A DNA stretch of 37,260 nucleotides from Tolypothrix carrinoi HA7290-LM1. GTDB taxonomy: Bacteria; Cyanobacteriota; Cyanobacteriia; Cyanobacteriales; Nostocaceae. Numbering within the stretch: position 1 is the first letter of the stretch; each line of letters opens with the position of its first letter. A program made the position numbers and the translations under genes. The stretch is taken from assembly GCA_019358935.1 (NCBI GenBank), contig JAHHIK010000085.1, positions 1-37,260 on the forward strand, written 5' to 3'. Below the pieces are notes generated by a model. That model was not told the DNA's origin and did no database searches. It was given only the letters and a program-made list of their open reading frames with translations. Of the stretch, positions 32,182 through 37,260 are shown piece by piece.

Positions 32182-32550
32182 GCATTACCCGCCAGAGATT
32201 AAAATCTCTGGCTAATAGCTAAAGTCATCTTTAGATGACTAAATGAATCTTGGTCAAGCTTTTGAGTTTATTTTAATGGAATGTCGCGCTATTAGCATTA
32301 CCCACCAGAGATTAAAATCTCTGGCTAATAGCTAAAGTCATCTCAAGATGACTAAATGAATCTTGGTCAAGCTTTTGAGTTTATTTTAATGAAATGCGCG
32401 CTATTAGCATTACCCGCCATAGGTTAAAACCTATGGCTAATAGCCAAAGTCATCTTCAGATGACTAAATGAATCCTAGTCAAGCTTTTCAGTCCATTTTA
32501 ATGGAATACGCGCTATTAGCCATGAACTAAAGTTCATGGCGGGATAAATG
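32182..32550. repeat. Three tandem units (113, 112 and about 140 bp) of a multi-hairpin palindromic repeat
   Basis: Units start GCATTACCC at 32182, 32295 and 32407. Confidence 0.9.
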
Positions 32551-32782
32551 GTTAATTGAGAATAGTGCATTTCGCTCAGTTTAAATCAACAATAATTCTC
32601 ATAAGGGTACAGCATTGCTGTACCCTTAATTGTTTGTGTATATCGATGCCAATTGTTTGCAGATGAATTTTCAACATCAAGATTGTGACTCTGAGGAATA
32701 ATGTTGCACAATATTGAGGTTCCACTCAGCGTAGGCACTCTCCGGCTGATGTCGTATTCCGTGTTTGTCGCAATCTAATATT

Positions 32783-34018
32783 ATGGCGAAAATTAACAAC
32801 AATTTCCTTAAGCTCAAAGCAGGCTATTTGTTTCCAGAAATTGCTCGACGAGTCAATGCTTTCGCGGAGGCAAACAGTGATGCAAATATCATTCGGTTAG
32901 GTATTGGTGATGTCACCGAACCTTTACCTGAAGCTTGTCGCACAGCTATGATTAAAGCTGTCGAAGAAATGGGCGATCGCTCTACGTTCAAAGGCTATGG
33001 TCCAGACCAAGGTTATGCTTGGTTGCGAGAGAAAATTGCTTTACATGACTTTCAATCTCGCGGATGTGAGGTTGATGCATCGGAAATTTTCATTTCTGAC
33101 GGTTCTAAGTGCGACACGGGCAATATTCTGGATATCTTTGGTAATGATAATGCGATCGCTGTCACCGATCCTGTTTATCCGGTGTATGTAGATACCAATG
33201 TGATGGCTGGACATACCGGAGCGGCTAATGATAAAGGTGAGTTTGAGGGTTTGGTATATTTGCCAATTACCGCAGAGAATAACTTTACTGCCGAAATTCC
33301 TGACAGGAAAATCGATTTAATTTATCTGTGTTTCCCCAATAATCCCACCGGCGCAACTGCTAGCAAAGAACATCTCAAGGCTTGGGTAGATTATGCTAAG
33401 TCTCATAACTCGATTATTTTCTTTGATGCGGCTTACGAAGCTTTTATCACCGATTCCGAGATTCCGCACTCGATTTATGAAATTGAAGGGGCAAGAGATT
33501 GTGCGATCGAGTTTCGCTCCTTTTCCAAAAATGCCGGCTTTACCGGTACTCGTTGTGCCTTAACGGTTGTGCCGAAGACACTGAAAGCGAAAGCTGCTGA
33601 TAATTCTGATGTGGAACTGTGGAAGCTGTGGAATCGCCGCCAATCTACCAAGTTTAATGGAGTGTCTTACATCGTCCAACGCGGAGCGGAGGCAATTTAC
33701 TCTGAGGAAGGTATAGCACAAACTCAGGCACTTGTCAACTTTTATATGGAAAATGCGAAAATAATTACGGAGCAACTGACAGCAGCGGGATTGCAGGTAT
33801 ATGGGGGCGTAAATGCGCCTTACGTCTGGGTGAAAACGCCTAATAATTTGTCGAGTTGGGATTTCTTCGATAAATTGTTGCAAACCGTCAACGTTGTGGG
33901 AACACCCGGTTCTGGTTTTGGTGCTGCGGGTGAAGGTTACTTTCGGATTTCCGCATTTAATAGCCGGGAGAATGTGGAAGAAGCGATGAAACGGATTACC
34001 GAGAAATTTAAAGTGTAG
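32783..34018 (+). CDS. dapL: LL-diaminopimelate aminotransferase
   Basis: [46 protein letters not shown] lysine motif. Confidence 0.97.
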   Translation: MAKINNNFLKLKAGYLFPEIARRVNAFAEANSDANIIRLGIGDVTEPLPEACRTAMIKAVEEMGDRSTFKGYGPDQGYAWLREKIALHDFQSRGCEVDASEIFISDGSKCDTGNILDIFGNDNAIAVTDPVYPVYVDTNVMAGHTGAANDKGEFEGLVYLPITAENNFTAEIPDRKIDLIYLCFPNNPTGATASKEHLKAWVDYAKSHNSIIFFDAAYEAFITDSEIPHSIYEIEGARDCAIEFRSFSKNAGFTGTRCALTVVPKTLKAKAADNSDVELWKLWNRRQSTKFNGVSYIVQRGAEAIYSEEGIAQTQALVNFYMENAKIITEQLTAAGLQVYGGVNAPYVWVKTPNNLSSWDFFDKLLQTVNVVGTPGSGFGAAGEGYFRISAFNSRENVEEAMKRITEKFKV

Positions 34019-34056
34019 ATTGGGGTGGGCGATCGCTCCCAATACCTAATTAGTTC

Positions 34057-34092
34057 TCCGCCGCCTCTACCGCGAGCGGTAGAGGCGGCGGA
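34057..34092. repeat. Perfect GC-rich hairpin, repeated identically at 35012-35045
   Basis: CCGCCGCCTCTACCGC-GA-GCGGTAGAGGCGGCGG. Confidence 0.85.
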
Positions 34093-34242
34093 AAATTTTA
34101 ATATCTAGCATATAATAGCCAGGTTTTGAATTATCTGGTAAATCAATACTCTTGACATTCGGATTAGGGTCTAAATTCTTCTCCTTATGCCGTTAGTTAT
34201 TTTTTCTAACAAAGACTCAATTAAGGAGATGACAAATACCCG

Positions 34243-34959
34243 ATGTCCGAAGCCTCTCCCCAGGCAGTCAATCGGCTGCTAGCAGGTTTACCAGATGCAG
34301 AGTACCAGCGCCTTGTTCCCCACCTAAAGCATGTCCAGCTTTCTCACAAGCAAGTTGTTCACGAGGTTGGTGAACCAATCGAATACGTCTATTTTCCCCT
34401 TCGGTCAATAGTTTCTTTGCTCTCCACTATGAATGATGGCTCGATGGTCGAAGCTGGCTTAGTGGGTAATGAGGGGATAACGGGTATCCCCGCAGCTTTG
34501 GGAGACAACATCGCGACCACAACCGGGATCGTGCAGGTTGCTGACTCTGCCATGAGAATGAAGGCAAGCTTGCTGAAAACCGAGTTTCAGCAGGGTGGTT
34601 CACTGCAAAGCCTGCTGCTGCGGTACATGCAAGCGCTGTACGCCCAAGTCTCTCAAGGGGCTGCCTGCAACCGCCTCCATCGTTTGGATGAGAGACTTGC
34701 CCGTTGGCTACTGCTCGTCTGTGACCGTATAGAGTCAAACGAGTTGCCGCTGACTCAAGAATTTATGTCCCAGATGTTGGGTGTACGACGTGCTGGGGTC
34801 ACGGAGGCAGCTAACAGCCTTCAACAAGCAGGACTGATTCGCTACACCCGTGGCAAAATTACCATCCTAAATCGGCAGGAATTGCAAGCTGCTTCCTGTG
34901 AGTGTTATGAAATCATCAAAGGCGAGTACGCTAGGTTGCTAGGCAATAAACACAGTTGA
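34243..34959 (+). CDS. Crp/Fnr family transcriptional regulator, copy 1
   Basis: NRLLA.LP, YVYFP, GNEG, RLARWLL, LTQEFMSQMLGVRRAGVTEAA HTH; AAGGAG RBS. Confidence 0.93.
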   Translation: MSEASPQAVNRLLAGLPDAEYQRLVPHLKHVQLSHKQVVHEVGEPIEYVYFPLRSIVSLLSTMNDGSMVEAGLVGNEGITGIPAALGDNIATTTGIVQVADSAMRMKASLLKTEFQQGGSLQSLLLRYMQALYAQVSQGAACNRLHRLDERLARWLLLVCDRIESNELPLTQEFMSQMLGVRRAGVTEAANSLQQAGLIRYTRGKITILNRQELQAASCECYEIIKGEYARLLGNKHS

Positions 34960-35196
34960 AAGCTCTTGTCAAGTAGAGAGGCGATCGGCGCTTTGCAGCA
35001 GTCTTAATTCTCCGCCGCCTCTACCGCGAGCGGTAGAGGCGGCGGCAAATGTCAATTCTCTAGTATATAAGAGCTAGCTTTTCAGTTCCTGCTAGATTAA
35101 CATCTTTTAACATTTGGATTGGGGTATAAATTCTTCTCCTTATGCTGTCAGTTGTTTTTTTGCAACGACTCAACGCGAAGAAATTCCTAATACCTT

Positions 35197-35913
35197 ATGT
35201 CCGAAGCCTCCCCCCAAGCAGTCAATCGACTGCTAGCCGCTCTGCCAGATGTAGAGTACCAGCGCCTTGTTCCCCATCTAGAGCGCGTCCCGCTTTCTTT
35301 CAAGCAAGTCCTTCACAAAGCTGGTGAATCAATCGAATACGTCTATTTTCCCCTTCGCGCAGTAGTTTCTTTGATTTCCACTTCCGAAGAAGGTTCGATG
35401 GTCGAAGTCGGCTTAGTGGGTAATGAGGGGATAGTGGGTATCCCCGCAGTTTTGGGAGACAACATCGCGATCGCAACCGCGATCGTGCAGGTAGCAGGCT
35501 TTGGCATGAGGATGAAGGCAAGCTTGCTGAAAACCGAGTTTGAGCGGGGTGGGTCACTGCAAAGTCTGCTGCTGCGGTACACGCAAGCGCTGTACGCCCT
35601 AGTCTCTCAAGCGGCTGCCTGCAACGGCATCCATCGTTTGGAGGAGAGACTTGCCCGTTGGCTGGTGCTCATGTGTGAGCGTGTAGATTCAAACGAGTTG
35701 TTGCTGACTCAGGAATTGATATCCAAGATGCTGGGTGTACGACGTGCTGGGGTAACAGAGGCAGCTAACAGCCTTCAACGGGCAGGAATAATTCGCTACA
35801 GCCGTGGCATAATTACTATCCTGAACCGGCAGGAATTGGAAGCTGCCTCCTGTTCGTGTTATAAAATCATCAAAGGCGAGTACGCTAGGTTGCTAGGCAC
35901 TGAAGACAGTTGA
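35197..35913 (+). CDS. Crp/Fnr family transcriptional regulator, copy 2 (tandem paralogue)
   Basis: Same length (238 aa); about 78% identical to copy 1 by my manual count. Confidence 0.93.
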   Translation: MSEASPQAVNRLLAALPDVEYQRLVPHLERVPLSFKQVLHKAGESIEYVYFPLRAVVSLISTSEEGSMVEVGLVGNEGIVGIPAVLGDNIAIATAIVQVAGFGMRMKASLLKTEFERGGSLQSLLLRYTQALYALVSQAAACNGIHRLEERLARWLVLMCERVDSNELLLTQELISKMLGVRRAGVTEAANSLQRAGIIRYSRGIITILNRQELEAASCSCYKIIKGEYARLLGTEDS

Positions 35914-36067
35914 AAGTTATTGTCAGCGGGTGCGATCGCTCAAACGTTAGCTTATCCAAAAAGGCGAATATGCCCTGAAAGAGTCGAATAAACTTTGGTG
36001 CAACTGAACAGATTGCAAAATTATCGGCAGGGCTAGGAACTGTAACTTAATTTCTCATCACATCTGT

Positions 36068-36247
36068 TCATTGTTTATCATTTTGACAAGATTCTTCTAA
36101 AATCAATTGGTCAACAAAATCTCTTAGCCGTTCTTGCCAGTTGGGAACGGCTTTAAGTTTTTCTCTTACTCCTGGTAAAACTTTGAACTGTACTGGGACT
36201 TTATCATATGCAACTTGATTATCTGGTCTAAACAAAGTTCTTGACAT
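36068..36247 (-). CDS. Small 59-aa protein, possible ribbon-helix-helix-like DNA-binding protein, divergent from tnpB
   Basis: MSRTLFRP...PVQFKVLPGVREKLKAVPNWQERLRDFVDQLI (strand-helix-helix pattern). Confidence 0.55.
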   Translation of the reverse strand: MSRTLFRPDNQVAYDKVPVQFKVLPGVREKLKAVPNWQERLRDFVDQLILEESCQNDKQ

Positions 36248-36314
36248 TGTCAATTCGCTAGAATCTGGTATACTAGATATTATATCTATATGAATAAGTT
36301 CAAAAGATAATTGA

Positions 36315-37137
36315 ATGCTGTTAGGTTTCAAGACTGAATTAAAACTCAATAATCAACAGCGCACAGAGTTATTGAAACATTGTGGCGTAGCGCGTCACGC
36401 TTGGAACTGGGGACTAGGACTGACCAAACAAATCCTTGACCACAACAAAGCTAATCCTGATAGCAAAATCAAGTTTCCCACAGCTATTGACCTTCATAAG
36501 TGGTTAGTGGCGTTGGTCAAGCCTGAGTGTCAGTGGTATTACGAGTGCAGCAAGTCAGCGCCACAAGAAGCTTTAAGAGCTTTACGTACAGCGTGGGATA
36601 GATGTTTCAAGAAAAAAGCTGGTGTTCCCAAGTTCAAAAAGAAAGGCAAAGCTGATAATTTCACCCTGGAAGGTAGCGTCAAGATACTTAGTAGCAACAA
36701 AATTCAAGTACCATCAATTGGCATCCTCAAGACTTATGAGCGCTTGCCGCAGGTAACAACCAAGTCGGTCAGCATCAGTCGTACAGCGGATAGATGGTAC
36801 ATCAGCTTCAGATTTGAGGTTGAGCAAATGTTACTTGACAAGTCAGTCCCAGTCGTGGGAGTTGACTTAGGTGTTAAAGTCCTGGCAACTCTTTCAACTG
36901 GCGAGGTGTTTGAAGGTGCCAAGAGTTATCGCAAATATGAGCAGAAGCTCTCTAGATTGCAATATATGAGCCGACATAAGCAGCGCGGCTCAGTCAACTG
37001 GAATAAAGCACAGCGCAAGATAGCTAGACTACATCAGAAAATTGCCAACATCCGCTTATGTACGTTACACAAATTTACGTCTTACTTAGCCAAGAACCAC
37101 GGCAGGATAGGCATTGAGGATTTAAATGTGAGCGGCA
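36315..37137 (+). CDS. tnpB: RNA-guided endonuclease TnpB (IS200/IS605/IS607 superfamily), 5' portion, interrupted at 37137/37138
   Basis: N-terminal HTH, PKFKKKG, RuvC-I GVDLG and RuvC-II IEDLNVSG. Similarity stops abruptly; Zn finger and RuvC-III are absent from the window. Confidence 0.9.
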
Positions 37138-37260
37138 GTGCGATTCGTTGCTTAGTGAATCACGGTAATCAGCCCGTACATAACTAAGCCAGTGAAATCT
37201 AGATAACTAGACACTGAACTCTCAGATTGATGTGGGTGAAAGTCCCATCCGCAAGATTCA
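37138..37260 (+). mobile_element. 5' end of a probable group II intron (continues beyond the window)
   Basis: GTGCGATTCG matches the GUGYG 5' consensus exactly where TnpB similarity ends; GTGGGTGAAAGTCCCAT resembles a domain I stem-loop. Confidence 0.75.

Noticed and set aside
32182..32550. CRISPR array
   Set aside because: Whole 113-bp units are near-identical with no unique spacers, and no cas genes are in the window
32602..32628. Palindrome TAAGGGTACAGCATTGCTGTACCCTTA as a LexA or NtcA operator
   Set aside because: Spacing does not fit either consensus; more like a REP-type palindrome
36315..37187. Nuclease-dead or naturally short 290-aa TnpB derivative (TldR-like)
   Set aside because: RuvC-I Asp and RuvC-II Glu are intact, and the truncation is better explained by the intron insertion

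Overview
Chromosomal window from a cyanobacterium, most likely a heterocystous Nostocales strain: HIP1 (GCGATCGC) is abundant, short tandem heptamer repeats are present, and rpoC is split into rpoC1/rpoC2. The housekeeping core is rpsT-tatD-rpoB-rpoC1-rpoC2 (minus strand), with hisD, a usp gene, hslO, a conserved 680-aa membrane-anchored protein and dapL on the plus strand. Three accessory zones stand out. (1) At 1-9 kb is a peptide-export locus: frameshifted HTH gene, cNMP/C39-peptidase ABC transporter, HlyD and a PPIase, facing a small double-glycine precursor with a Phe-rich core. A 590-bp TIR/TSD-bounded cassette carrying a two-gene toxin-antitoxin-like pair sits between them. (2) At 25.1-28.4 kb is a decayed island: Uma2, relE with a nonsense codon, and remnants of an HTH gene, IS701-like transposase, tnpB and Rpn. 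(3) At 34-37.3 kb are two tandem Crp/Fnr genes whose duplication unit is bracketed by HIP1-like sites, then a tnpB interrupted by what looks like the 5' end of a group II intron running off the window. Small palindromic and dispersed repeats are dense, sometimes nested, and one has entered rpoC2 in frame. No CRISPR array, tRNA or rRNA was recognised. All family assignments come from motif recognition by eye, not database searches.
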